Source: a virus
Lineage: Duplodnaviria > Caudoviricetes
Strand: one strand, 5' to 3'
Virus record (IMG/VR): IMGVR_UViG_3300005611_000013
Location: 9,082 to 73,081 of that record
Length of the DNA stretch: 64,000 nucleotides
Notes under the pieces: generated by a model
The model's input: only the letters and a program-made list of their open reading frames with translations
What the model was told of the DNA's origin: nothing
The model's database searches: none
In this document: positions 1-9,481 of the stretch, one piece after another
How positions within the stretch are numbered: the stretch's first letter is position 1
How the letters are laid out: each line of letters begins with the position of its first letter
Translations under genes and position numbers: made by a program

Positions 1-360
1 TGGGTAAGACACAACCCTTTTTATACCAGACTGAATTATAACACTTGCACATTTTGAGCATGGTTCAAATGGATATGTGTATAGCGTACATCCTTTTAGG
101 GATTTGTTTGCAAACATAATAGCATTCATTTCCGCATGAATAATTACTTGGTATTTTAATTCCCTGTCATTTAATCGTGATTCATTATCAATAACTTCTC
201 TTGGGAAACCATTGTAGCCAACAGATATTATCCTATTCTCATCGTCAGTTATAACTGCACCAACTTTTGTTGATGGATCTTTAGACCAACTGGAAACCAA
301 TTTTGCCATATCCAAAAAACGTCTATCCCATTTTTTAGAATTACATATCTTACAATTCAT
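1..360 (-). CDS. dCMP deaminase (3'-truncated by window edge)
   Basis: Manual translation from ATG at 360: MNCKICNSKKWDRRFLDMAKLVSSWSKDPSTKVGAVI...HAEMNA...PCSKCASVIIQSGIKRVV. Contains the HAE and PCxxC Zn motifs; ATG overlaps the upstream TGA (ATGA). Confidence 0.92.
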   Translation of the reverse strand, partial: MNCKICNSKKWDRRFLDMAKLVSSWSKDPSTKVGAVITDDENRIISVGYNGFPREVIDNESRLNDRELKYQVIIHAEMNAIMFANKSLKGCTLYTYPFEPCSKCASVIIQSGIKRVVSYP

Positions 361-926
361 TTAACTTGCCATAATATTTGATAGCCATTATATAGTGGTT
401 CAATGCCTATATCTTTAAAGTATTCTTTAGCATACTTTCCTTTTCCAGAACCATCCTCAAAATTATCATCAATTGCTATTATTGTTTCGGAAGAGCAAGA
501 CGGCCATATTGCTATTAGCTCTTTTATATGATGCAATGATGATTGATGTTTTATACCTTCGTGATAGTCATATGAATCTAAGTAAAGAAGGTCTATGACT
601 CTATTTTCTTTCTTTAATTTTGCATTCATTTCATAGAGGAATTTAACTGAATCAGAACATATCACATTTGCTTTTTTTGTCAATCTTTTTGCTACAGATA
701 CATTTCTTTCATTTATATCAACAGAATACAATTCTCCACCATTATCTTGAATATACTGATCAAATATAAGTGTTGACTGACCATCTCCACCGAAGTTTCC
801 TTCTTGCCTAGCACAACCTGTTTCAATAATTAACGGATTTGTTTTTTTTGATATATGGTTTATCATTATCTCAAAAGCTTTTTTTCTTTTTTCTGTCTTG
901 TTTATTAGTTCTTGTGTTTTTGTCAT
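357..926 (-). CDS. Class I SAM-dependent methyltransferase-like protein
   Basis: IIETGC, YSVDIN, CSDSV and LLYLDS motifs of a Rossmann MTase fold. Start placed at MTKTQ, after the guaC-C stop. Confidence 0.6.
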   Translation of the reverse strand: MTKTQELINKTEKRKKAFEIMINHISKKTNPLIIETGCARQEGNFGGDGQSTLIFDQYIQDNGGELYSVDINERNVSVAKRLTKKANVICSDSVKFLYEMNAKLKKENRVIDLLYLDSYDYHEGIKHQSSLHHIKELIAIWPSCSSETIIAIDDNFEDGSGKGKYAKEYFKDIGIEPLYNGYQILWQVK

Positions 927-933
927 TTGCAAC

Positions 934-1614
934 TCACAATGTTTGATCGTAATGTGTTCTGTTAACTCTAATAAATTCCGCACACTTGGAAATATCTTTT
1001 AGTTTTGTGGCACCAATATAGGCGCAGGCACTTCTGATCCCACCAAGTATATCAGACATTATTGATTCCGCCCTTCCTTTGTATGGAACAACTTTAACTC
1101 TACCCTCGCTGGCTCTGTAGTCTTTTATTCCACCGTATTTTGATTGGGCGTTGTGAGACGACATGCCATAGAACTTTAGTGACCTTTTTCTTTTCTCTCC
1201 ACCATTTTTTGGGTCAATAGGTTGCCACCAAGTTATTGTTCGGTCAATTAATTTGTCTGGTTTGGTTTCGCATTTATATTCGTATTCCCATTCACCCTCG
1301 CATTCATCAGTCCCTGCCAGCATTCCTCCAAGCATAACGAAGTCTGCACCAGCAGCAAATGCTTTTACAATGTCTGACGGGTTCCTGCACCCACCGTCTG
1401 CACAAATTAATCCAAGGCGACCATCTCCAGCCCTCAAGCCATGTGCGGCGTGAGCACATTCCATTATAGAAGAAAGCTGTGGATACCCACAATTGTGTAC
1501 AATTATTTTTTCTAAACCTACACAGTATGAGTGATTGTTTTCTACGGTAAGATCAAACATTTCCTGAGAAATATTAACTTCTTTTTTTGTGACTTCCCTT
1601 AGTTTGAATTTCAA
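934..1614 (-). CDS. guaC: GMP reductase C-terminal half preceded by split-intein C fragment (41 aa)
   Basis: TTG start with AGGAG SD 6 nt upstream. MKFKLREV...FDLTVENNHSYCVGLEKIIVHN (1492-1614) is followed by CGYPQLSSIMECAHAAHG...DGGC...GADFVMLGGMLAG...FYGMSS...EGR, matching GuaC. Confidence 0.93.
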   Translation of the reverse strand: MKFKLREVTKKEVNISQEMFDLTVENNHSYCVGLEKIIVHNCGYPQLSSIMECAHAAHGLRAGDGRLGLICADGGCRNPSDIVKAFAAGADFVMLGGMLAGTDECEGEWEYEYKCETKPDKLIDRTITWWQPIDPKNGGEKRKRSLKFYGMSSHNAQSKYGGIKDYRASEGRVKVVPYKGRAESIMSDILGGIRSACAYIGATKLKDISKCAEFIRVNRTHYDQTL

Positions 1615-2293
1615 GATTATCTCCTATTGTTTTAATCCAGTATTTAAAATCTTCATCAGACAGTCCCTGTTTCATCATGTTAACAGTTTTATGAACCCAT
1701 TGAACATTGTCAAGCGTATAACCTTTGCTTGAATTTATTCTATCTAAAGATGCCGTTGTATCCGCACATTCTTTCATTGTTAAGGCAAATTTTAAAACAA
1801 TGCCACTATATGCACACTTACGATCTTGTTGTAAAAATAAATTCCACGCATCTTCTATGTCTAATTCAAACTTGTGAGAACGATTTGCAGCACCCCTTTG
1901 AATATTACCCCACCATTTTCCATGTATATCTCCATAGCCACTCCATAAATAATGACCTCTGCTGTACTGCTTGCTTTTCATCCAACAGCCACAGGATTTT
2001 CTTTCGTTTCTTGTAATGGTTTTTGTAGGTAGTTCTATTTCCTTGCCGCATTTACATTTGCACATCCAGTAAACTTGTCCATTTTTAGATCCACTTTTTT
2101 TAATTACTTCTAACCAATGATATTTATAACCTACTAAATTCAGCTTAGGCCAGTCAATATTATTTTGCTTGCAAAAAACGTATACTAAACTCTTGCTACA
2201 CCCATAGAATTTAGCAATATAGTCAGCATTTTTTTCTTTTTTAACTAATTCTCGCACTTCTTGTTCACATAGATTATACTTTGATTTTGACAT
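1574..2293 (-). CDS. Free-standing HNH-type homing endonuclease inside the fractured guaC locus
   Basis: YWMCKCKCG...KSCGC N-terminal motif and CAYSG...SLDRINSSKGYTLDNVQWVHKTVNMMK nuclease motif; GGAG SD. Confidence 0.85.
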   Translation of the reverse strand: MSKSKYNLCEQEVRELVKKEKNADYIAKFYGCSKSLVYVFCKQNNIDWPKLNLVGYKYHWLEVIKKSGSKNGQVYWMCKCKCGKEIELPTKTITRNERKSCGCWMKSKQYSRGHYLWSGYGDIHGKWWGNIQRGAANRSHKFELDIEDAWNLFLQQDRKCAYSGIVLKFALTMKECADTTASLDRINSSKGYTLDNVQWVHKTVNMMKQGLSDEDFKYWIKTIGDNLEIQTKGSHKKRS

Positions 2294-2355
2294 TTGTATC
2301 TCCGTGTATAAATGGGGCTTCTTGTTACCAACTTATACACAATTTTACACTATGT

Positions 2356-3234
2356 TCAGGAAAGAATTTCTATGATAAAATGATTTTCTTCGGAAATATT
2401 TTTTGCTTCTAGCCAGTAAGCAAAGTCATGAATGTTATCTTCATTAATTTTGTTTTGATCAGACTTGTTGACGACATAGAATTCATGATCGTCTGTACAA
2501 GTTATTCCATTTATTTCAACAAGATTATCCTTGAACCCATTGTTGTGAACATTTGTTACGGGCTGATATGTGCCATCGTGCGTCAAGACCAATTCTCCAA
2601 CGCTAACATCCTTTATGTTCTTCGGGCCAGACGATGTGTTAACTTTTGAATCTCCCGTAAAACATCCAGTTTTCAATCTCGTTGTACATGCAGATCCAGG
2701 CCCAATGCCAATCTTAACTATGTCTACACCTCCATGAAGAACGATCTCCTGAACCATTTCTGGTGTGCAAACATTCCCAGCCATTATAATTGGTTCTTTC
2801 CCAAACTCATCTCTAACTTTGGAACAAAAGTTAACAAAGTCATCAGTGTAACCATTGGCTACATCAATACACAAATTTGGTACTTCTTGTGTTGATTCTA
2901 CAAATTTATTCAGTTTTGTAAAATCATCATCTTTAATACCCATACTATACCACTGATAGTCTAATTCAGTTAAGTCTTGAATGAGTTTAATATCCTCGTA
3001 GTGCTTGTGAAGGCATGTTGCAATATTAAATTTCATAAGAGATTGCGACATAGTAAATGTTCCAGTTGTATCCATATTTGCTGAAAATATAGGTATTCCA
3101 CTCCACTTGCTGTTTGAGTGATAAAAACTAAAATTACGTTCTAGTTTTATATTTGCTCTTGAAACTGTTTTAGTTCTCTGTGGAACAAGTAACACATCTT
3201 CAAAGTCTAGTTTTGGCTCGTTATTTATTTTCAT
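2356..3234 (-). CDS. guaC: GMP reductase N-terminal half fused to split-intein N fragment (102 aa)
   Basis: KLDFEDVLLVPQR...PIFSANMDT...IDVANGY...AGNVCTPEM...KIGIGPGSACTTRLKTG, then intein CFTGDSKV...CTDDHEFY...IIEILS stop (2359-2664). Confidence 0.93.
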   Translation of the reverse strand: MKINNEPKLDFEDVLLVPQRTKTVSRANIKLERNFSFYHSNSKWSGIPIFSANMDTTGTFTMSQSLMKFNIATCLHKHYEDIKLIQDLTELDYQWYSMGIKDDDFTKLNKFVESTQEVPNLCIDVANGYTDDFVNFCSKVRDEFGKEPIIMAGNVCTPEMVQEIVLHGGVDIVKIGIGPGSACTTRLKTGCFTGDSKVNTSSGPKNIKDVSVGELVLTHDGTYQPVTNVHNNGFKDNLVEINGITCTDDHEFYVVNKSDQNKINEDNIHDFAYWLEAKNISEENHFIIEILS

Positions 3235-3245
3235 CTTTTCCTCGT

Positions 3246-3283
3246 AAAAAGGAGGGTAGCACAACCTAAGTTATACTACCCTC
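3246..3283 (-). terminator. Intrinsic terminator after rIIB
   Basis: GAGGGTAG-N16-CTACCCTC hairpin followed by CTTTTT on the minus strand. Confidence 0.75.
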
Positions 3284-3302
3284 TAGACACGCAAACACAC
3301 AC

Positions 3303-4106
3303 TCACCAACTTACGCTCTCATAATCGTCGCAATCCTTCCAGCCTGCGTCTTCGTCATCATCGCAATCCTCATCATCGTAGTATTCATCTACAACCGCTG
3401 GGATAAGATCGCCATTGTATTCTCCAACAACTTCATATCCGCAGCAGCGAACCTTCTGATGCATACTGTCAAGCGGGACGCTAACAACATCTGCTGGATC
3501 AACCTTGCAGATAACAACCTTGTCGCCAGTGCTACCGTAAGACTTGACATAATCAATAGCCCCAACGTGCAGCCCATTGGAACACCCAACATCACAGTTA
3601 TCGTCAACTTGATGACGCTTTACGCGAGGGCACTGACCAACGGAGTTGTTAATCGTGCCAGAATACTTATCCATAAAGTCTGGACGAACAGCCTTATACG
3701 CCAGAAAATAACCGTCTGGAGTAATCGGCAGAAACTTATGCTGGAGGAATGTATACAGTTCGTTGATAGCCCTGAATGATGGATTCTGGTACAATCGCTC
3801 AAGGAATCGTAGCATTGGGCTGTGATCAAAACCGCCCTTCAGCATCTCTACAATGCGATCAGTGATAACATCGTGAACCTGTTCTCCATCATACCACAGA
3901 ACACCATCTTCAAACTTAAAATCGCCCTCACTCCAGTTCTCAACATGTACGCCAGTGTTGAAAACGTTGAGAAACTCCTCTGAATCTCCCGTCTTGATAC
4001 AGTCAATCAGACCACTATAGTCTGCGTGACTTGGATCAAACTGATAACTTTGATTGTCAATAACAACGGTGTACTGGTTCTTGGAATCTTTAATGTGTGT
4101 TAGCAT
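3303..4106 (-). CDS. rIIB: rIIB-like lysis-inhibition protein
   Basis: NPS...ELYTFL...PITPDGYFLAYKAV...CSNGLHVG...KVDPADVVSVP motifs; lies directly after rIIA. Confidence 0.88.
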   Translation of the reverse strand: MLTHIKDSKNQYTVVIDNQSYQFDPSHADYSGLIDCIKTGDSEEFLNVFNTGVHVENWSEGDFKFEDGVLWYDGEQVHDVITDRIVEMLKGGFDHSPMLRFLERLYQNPSFRAINELYTFLQHKFLPITPDGYFLAYKAVRPDFMDKYSGTINNSVGQCPRVKRHQVDDNCDVGCSNGLHVGAIDYVKSYGSTGDKVVICKVDPADVVSVPLDSMHQKVRCCGYEVVGEYNGDLIPAVVDEYYDDEDCDDDEDAGWKDCDDYESVSW

Positions 4107-4123
4107 AATTATTTTTCTCCTTT

Positions 4124-6022
4124 TCAATTATTCCTGTTAAGATAGTCTGCCAAAGTTTGGTTAGCCTGAGTCTTGTCATCCCGATATCCAATCTCAAAGT
4201 ATTCAAGCATTGGATGATTCATTTTAACATCTTGCATTAGCTTGTCAAGCGTTTTCTCTTCCTTGTATTCCCACATAAATGTGTCAGCAATATTTCTTAG
4301 CGATGCATTGCTGGTGGAATCAAGTGCAGTATTTTCTTCCAAGAAAGCGTTAACACGCTCACAAGTGAAAGTGTGACCATCGCTCTTGGCTTTAACAATG
4401 TAGTGACGAATGTCACGATCTTCATACGAAGAAAGGTCTGATGGAAAAACGGTACTATCAACCATATGCTTATAACTCTTCTTCATATATTTCGCAATAC
4501 TAATCCATCCTCCATTTTCAAAAGACTTTGTTTTCATAAAAGGCTTCTTAATACCGTAGATGGTGATACCAAGACTATGGCAAAGTTTAATCTGACTCCA
4601 ACTAGAATCTTCTGGCTCATTACGATGAACCTGAACATACACCTTTTCTCCAGCAGGAATGCTGTCCGCATCATCCCAACGATCACCAACCTTCCAGCTT
4701 TCTGATCCATTAAAGACAAGAATACCAGCCTGCTTTTGGTATGACCGTCCACGGCTAGTGGTTTTCTCAACCTTTGGCAGTGTATCAAGATCCTCCACAA
4801 AATCAAGATCAATTTTAGTTTCTGCAATCTGTTCATCCGTCAGCAAGACAATGGTCTTGGCTCCACCACCCTTAATAAAACTCTTAATCCTTGCACCAAA
4901 TCGTGGCTTATGTCGGAAGTATTTAATATTGTCGCCAATTGGTATGACGATTGTTTCGCCAATATCAACTCCTCCCCTCCATCCAGTTTTAGCATAGTAT
5001 GTAATACCAGTTTTTGTATCTGGCAAACAGAAGGGATTTAGATCACCACTTTTAATACCGGGAGCATTGCGAAACTCATCTGCTTTCCTCGCACGAAGAA
5101 AATCTGTAGGCTCAGACTGAATAATATCTAGAACACTATCACGAATATTAGTTTTCAGCAACTCCACTTTACTCTTTATAGCGTTGACAGTCTTCTCATC
5201 AAGAGAAAGAGACTCTCGCCCAGCATCAAAGGAAATCTCTCCCATATTAAACTTGAGATACCCAGTAATGTATGGAGTCTCAATGTTGCTAGGGATATCG
5301 TATGCAACGCCACCCATAACGGCTTTTAGGCTATTCCAGCCATTGAATGCCTCAATACAAACATCGCCATTAGCAACCTTAACCCTTGCCTTACGGGCAT
5401 TAATAGCATCAACAACTGACTGCTTGTTTATACGAGGGGTGCGAGTGAAGTAAAAGTAAACATGCTCTGCTTCATCCGCAAATTCCTGAATCATATCCTC
5501 ATCAATAGCCATGGAGACTTCCACTCCATTAGACTCGTCAGTATCATTACTGGTCAACAGTGCTACTTGAGGCTCACCATTCTCATCACGGTAGCACGAA
5601 TAAAGATTAGCAGTCCCATTGAAGAAACTCTTCACAGTAAAAGAGTCTACAATACAAAATGGAGACTTACTGCCAAGACCCAAAGCTCCAACAAAATCAT
5701 TAGATGAAGTCTTTGTGCTGCAAAAATATGTAGTAAAGATTTCACGAACATCTTCGTCAGATAGTCCAGTGCCGTAGTCTCGCACAGAGAAATGTGGCTC
5801 AAGGCGTGTTGGAAGATGAACATTAATACGATCCGGATTACCAGCGGCAGTATGGGCATCCACGGCATTGCATGAGATTTCCCGAATAACTGCACGAACC
5901 TTGTGGGTGTATATATTGCTTGAGAGAATATCAAAAGCTTTACTGCTTGCCTGGATCTTGAAACCAGAAGTTTTGAAAGATCCACAAACCGCCACATCTT
6001 GCTTATTTTCGCTAATGATCAT
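4124..6022 (-). CDS. rIIA: rIIA-like protein (N-terminal GHKL ATPase)
   Basis: AFDILSSNIY...IREISCNAVDAH...VRDYGTGLS...STK...GALGLGSKSPF. Confidence 0.88.
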   Translation of the reverse strand: MIISENKQDVAVCGSFKTSGFKIQASSKAFDILSSNIYTHKVRAVIREISCNAVDAHTAAGNPDRINVHLPTRLEPHFSVRDYGTGLSDEDVREIFTTYFCSTKTSSNDFVGALGLGSKSPFCIVDSFTVKSFFNGTANLYSCYRDENGEPQVALLTSNDTDESNGVEVSMAIDEDMIQEFADEAEHVYFYFTRTPRINKQSVVDAINARKARVKVANGDVCIEAFNGWNSLKAVMGGVAYDIPSNIETPYITGYLKFNMGEISFDAGRESLSLDEKTVNAIKSKVELLKTNIRDSVLDIIQSEPTDFLRARKADEFRNAPGIKSGDLNPFCLPDTKTGITYYAKTGWRGGVDIGETIVIPIGDNIKYFRHKPRFGARIKSFIKGGGAKTIVLLTDEQIAETKIDLDFVEDLDTLPKVEKTTSRGRSYQKQAGILVFNGSESWKVGDRWDDADSIPAGEKVYVQVHRNEPEDSSWSQIKLCHSLGITIYGIKKPFMKTKSFENGGWISIAKYMKKSYKHMVDSTVFPSDLSSYEDRDIRHYIVKAKSDGHTFTCERVNAFLEENTALDSTSNASLRNIADTFMWEYKEEKTLDKLMQDVKMNHPMLEYFEIGYRDDKTQANQTLADYLNRNN

Positions 6023-6065
6023 TTAAGACCTCCAGTAGTTTTGAGTATCGTTGCGTGATGACCTA

Positions 6066-6093
6066 AGTATACCATTGATCGGCAGTCTGTCAA
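6066..6093 (-). promoter_or_regulatory. sigma70-type promoter for rIIA-rIIB
   Basis: TTGACA-N16-TATACT. Confidence 0.7.
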
Positions 6094-6127
6094 GCACTTC
6101 TTGATTTTTTTTTTAAAATCCACTTTT

Positions 6128-6430
6128 TCACGAGAAAGATTGAAATTTTCGCTCTTCTGCTGAAAATGAAAATGGCTCTTCAGCGAAGTCAACACACTCC
6201 TCTAAGAAGAAATCCCACTCTTCCATAAATCTCTCAAGATTCTCATCTTCTACTATATATGTTACATGGTCAATCTCGTCTTCATACCACACAACCATCC
6301 TATCGCCACCTTCGTAATCTACATCCTTTATATCAACATTTAATGTTCTTGATACGGCAATCTGAACGGGATTGTGTTTTGGATTATTCATAGCCTTAAC
6401 GATATCATTTTCTGTAACGTTGATAATCAT
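6128..6430 (-). CDS. Hypothetical protein
   Basis: ORF translationally coupled to the thyX stop. Confidence 0.6.
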   Translation of the reverse strand: MIINVTENDIVKAMNNPKHNPVQIAVSRTLNVDIKDVDYEGGDRMVVWYEDEIDHVTYIVEDENLERFMEEWDFFLEECVDFAEEPFSFSAEERKFQSFS

Positions 6431-8121
6431 TTCCAATCTAAAGCCTCCGAGATAATAGGTAATTGTTCCACAAAAATTTGCTTAATAGAATTTGCTATAT
6501 CCATATGTTCTTTTTGTGTTCCATTTGACGACCTTAATTCTATATAATGAATCCATGAACGTATACTGCCCGTCATATATAATTTGGTAGGCGTTGCGAG
6601 TGGTAAAACAAATCTGGCACACTCTTTCGCTACACCATCTTTTAGTAGAGACTCATACAGTCTAACAGATTTATAAAAATGCTCTTCAATTACACGCTTC
6701 CAATAATTTTTTATATGGGGCTGTATGTCATCAATGCTATTTTGTCTATTCTTATTATCTTGACTTCTTATGTCTGGGCATTCTATTTTGCCAAGCAACT
6801 TTGCATCTGCGTATCTTTGGCTATTATGTACAATTACTCCATCTGCTACATAGTTATGTGAATCATGATCAATTTCTAAATCGTATGTCATTTCTTTACC
6901 AATGTATTTCACAAATTTAATCTTTGACCACGATACTGTCATAGTATTTCCAATGCCCTTCTCTTTCCATTTTTTATGATCCCCATTCAATCTATGATGT
7001 TTCATGTGACAGTTGGAATGAACTGGCATGAGATTAGAGTATTCTCTAGCAAGAGACATATTTTCTGATACTGGAATAATATGATGTAGGTGTGTGCGAC
7101 TATTTAACTTATCTCCACACATACCACAACAGTAGTTGTATTCTTTCATAAGTTTATTACGAAACTTAGATATATCTGCTTGAATTTTTTGTCGTTCTTT
7201 GGCTACTCCACCTTTCCATAAATTAGAATCTTTTCCCTTTTTTGAGGAATCTCGCATCTTCTGTTTTGTTTCCTCAGATCTTAAACCACTAGAATATCCA
7301 AAAACACCTTTATTCCAGATAGGAGTATATGAAGAAACTTCTTTCTTTGTAAAGCACAAGTTGTGTTTTTTTAGCCATTTGCGAATTGTATGAATAGATA
7401 CACCAGCAGTATTAGCAATACCAACCAATCCGGTTCCGTCGCTAATACTCTGCTTCTTATGTTCTAACAGCCAATTGTAATCTTGGTGAACTGGAGTGCC
7501 ATTACATCCAACAGCAATATTATTACTAATAACAGCGGTATTACCAACTAGTTTTAGTCCAGTAGCATCTTGAAGAGAAACAAAACCATTTTTGGTCAAA
7601 ACCTTATGTTCTTTAGTGCATTTAATAGATTTGCCGTTTTCCAAAACAATTTCAAAAATATCTTTCATTCCAGTTTGAAAAACTTCTTTGATGTGAGCAT
7701 GACTTAGTGTTTTGGATATTTCGTCATACACTCTAACGAACATATTACGAATACGATTTCGTGAGTTCTCATTCTTTGACCAGTTTTTATATAGATGCTC
7801 TAAAGTAAGCGAATATTTTTGCCTTTTGCCCTTTTTTATAGCGTTTGGTAAGTCAAAATACACATTGGTATCTCCAGACATACAAAACTCTTGAAATGTA
7901 AAACTTCTGTGTCTTAAAATTTGTGCGGCAATCGCCCTTGTTGTGGTAATCTCTAGCGTCATGTAACCCTGCTCAAAAATACTCCAGTGTTGATTTTTTA
8001 TGCAGTAAGCGATCAGTTTGCTGTAATCATCCCGATCTTGCCCGTTTGGGTTGGACACTCTAGCACAGTATGCAATCAGCTTTTCTGCGTCTGGAGTTAT
8101 TGATATCAATTTTACTTCCAT
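6427..8121 (-). CDS. thyX: Flavin-dependent thymidylate synthase ThyX, intein-interrupted
   Basis: AYCARVS...HWSIFEQ...QILRHRSFTFQEF|intein|SQRY...ECARFVLP...GSIRSWIHYIELR...TQKEH. Confidence 0.95.
   Translation of the reverse strand: MEVKLISITPDAEKLIAYCARVSNPNGQDRDDYSKLIAYCIKNQHWSIFEQGYMTLEITTTRAIAAQILRHRSFTFQEFCMSGDTNVYFDLPNAIKKGKRQKYSLTLEHLYKNWSKNENSRNRIRNMFVRVYDEISKTLSHAHIKEVFQTGMKDIFEIVLENGKSIKCTKEHKVLTKNGFVSLQDATGLKLVGNTAVISNNIAVGCNGTPVHQDYNWLLEHKKQSISDGTGLVGIANTAGVSIHTIRKWLKKHNLCFTKKEVSSYTPIWNKGVFGYSSGLRSEETKQKMRDSSKKGKDSNLWKGGVAKERQKIQADISKFRNKLMKEYNYCCGMCGDKLNSRTHLHHIIPVSENMSLAREYSNLMPVHSNCHMKHHRLNGDHKKWKEKGIGNTMTVSWSKIKFVKYIGKEMTYDLEIDHDSHNYVADGVIVHNSQRYADAKLLGKIECPDIRSQDNKNRQNSIDDIQPHIKNYWKRVIEEHFYKSVRLYESLLKDGVAKECARFVLPLATPTKLYMTGSIRSWIHYIELRSSNGTQKEHMDIANSIKQIFVEQLPIISEALDWK
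6823..7884 (-). mobile_element. Intein (354 aa) with HNH homing endonuclease in thyX
   Basis: Starts CMSGDT, has block B CTKEHKVL, ends TYDLEIDHDSHNYVADGVIVHN with +1 Ser. Internal CGMCG...HLHHIIP...NLMPVHSNCH HNH and a NUMOD3-like RSEETKQKM. Confidence 0.93.
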
Positions 8122-8141
8122 TAGTTTTTCCTTTCTGTACT

Positions 8142-8170
8142 ATAGTAGCACAAAAAACTATCTGTGTCAA
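8142..8170 (-). promoter_or_regulatory. sigma70-type promoter for thyX
   Basis: TTGACA-N17-TACTAT. Confidence 0.6.
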
Positions 8171-8478
8171 TTTTTTCTTGGTCTACTTTCATGTTGATGT
8201 CTATATTTAACTACATCTCTACAAACATCTTTATTCCAACTTTTCCAATCCATTAAATGACCGAAAACAAAATGGCAATGTTTTCCACATAAAGTAATTA
8301 GATTATTTGGATCTAATTCTTTTTTGGGGTCAACATGGTATGGGACTATGTGGTGTACTTCTAAAGTATCTTTTCTTCCACACGCCGCACATTCTGGATT
8401 TTTTCTAAGATGTTCTTTTCTGGCTTTATTCCAGCTATATGACCTACCGTAAAGAAAATTCTTGAAAAATGAAAACAT
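8167..8478 (-). CDS. Small HNH endonuclease
   Basis: CAACG...EVHHIVP...NNLITLCGKHCHFVFGH. Confidence 0.85.
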   Translation of the reverse strand: MFSFFKNFLYGRSYSWNKARKEHLRKNPECAACGRKDTLEVHHIVPYHVDPKKELDPNNLITLCGKHCHFVFGHLMDWKSWNKDVCRDVVKYRHQHESRPRKN

Positions 8479-8479
8479 T

Positions 8480-9481
8480 TTAACTCCTTGAATAAACTAC
8501 GGTTTTATCTATACTTTTCCTATTGCCACTCAAGTTCTGGTTCACTTGTCTAGCTGAAGATGCAACATTGTATTCACAAGTATACTCGTAATTATTAATT
8601 ATGTGTTCGTGATTTATATCATCCCACATCTTGTATTTACCAATATTAGCAACGTTCCAGCACGATCTTCCATTCTGCTCTAAATTGTTTACACATATCT
8701 TAATTAGAGGGTTTAAAAAAGTATTAACCCAATCTCCATATGTATCCGTATTTGCTATTGATTGAGTTTCTTCATCTGAATATATTTCCAAATCAAAGTA
8801 TGGGGGACTTGTTAAGCATATCTCAGTTTTTGGTATATCATATTTATGAAAGTTTAAAGCACTGTCATTTATGATATGTGTATATTTTTCTATACCTAGA
8901 AATGCTATTACTTTTTGCAGGTTCTCATAAGTTTTTGTATTTGGTTCAAATGCGTAGTATTTGCATTTATTTGCAACGGCCCCAACCATTCTTCCTCCCC
9001 ATCCTGCACATGGATCAAATACTGTTTTACATCCCTGTGTAATCATTTTTGACATTTGGGGACGATACATTGTACTCTTGGTTGATCCAGAGCAAAAATA
9101 AATACCACGTTTTAACTCAGATAGATATGGGGTTGAGTGGCTTTTTCTATTCCAAACCAATACTTTTTTCAATAGGTCTATATCTTGCCAAGCTTTGGAG
9201 AATGAAAAACCTTTTGATGTTTGTATATCGTAGAAGTTTGGAAAAAAATGCTCACAAATCTTCATTCCGATTCTACTTGTGCTTGAAAGATATTTTTCAC
9301 TGGAATCAAATCTACATAGATTATCCCAATCTTTCTTCAGAGATTTTTCATCATAGCAAGACTTATAATCTACCTCTGATAGCTGCAAAGCCAAACTATC
9401 TAGATTATCATAGAAGTCTTTGTCCGACAGGTTTCTTGTGGAATATCTTTTATTTAGTATGTCCTGTATTTGAATATTCAT
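8480..9481 (-). CDS. Amino (N4-C/N6-A) DNA methyltransferase
   Basis: Motif I VFDPCAGWGG and motif IV TSPPYF. Confidence 0.8.
   Translation of the reverse strand: MNIQIQDILNKRYSTRNLSDKDFYDNLDSLALQLSEVDYKSCYDEKSLKKDWDNLCRFDSSEKYLSSTSRIGMKICEHFFPNFYDIQTSKGFSFSKAWQDIDLLKKVLVWNRKSHSTPYLSELKRGIYFCSGSTKSTMYRPQMSKMITQGCKTVFDPCAGWGGRMVGAVANKCKYYAFEPNTKTYENLQKVIAFLGIEKYTHIINDSALNFHKYDIPKTEICLTSPPYFDLEIYSDEETQSIANTDTYGDWVNTFLNPLIKICVNNLEQNGRSCWNVANIGKYKMWDDINHEHIINNYEYTCEYNVASSARQVNQNLSGNRKSIDKTVVYSRS

Noticed and set aside
1574-2358. Frameshift or read-through producing a contiguous cis-intein
   Set aside because: IntN, the HNH and IntC are not in one continuous frame, the HNH and IntC have their own SD and start, and the arrangement matches known trans-splicing split inteins.
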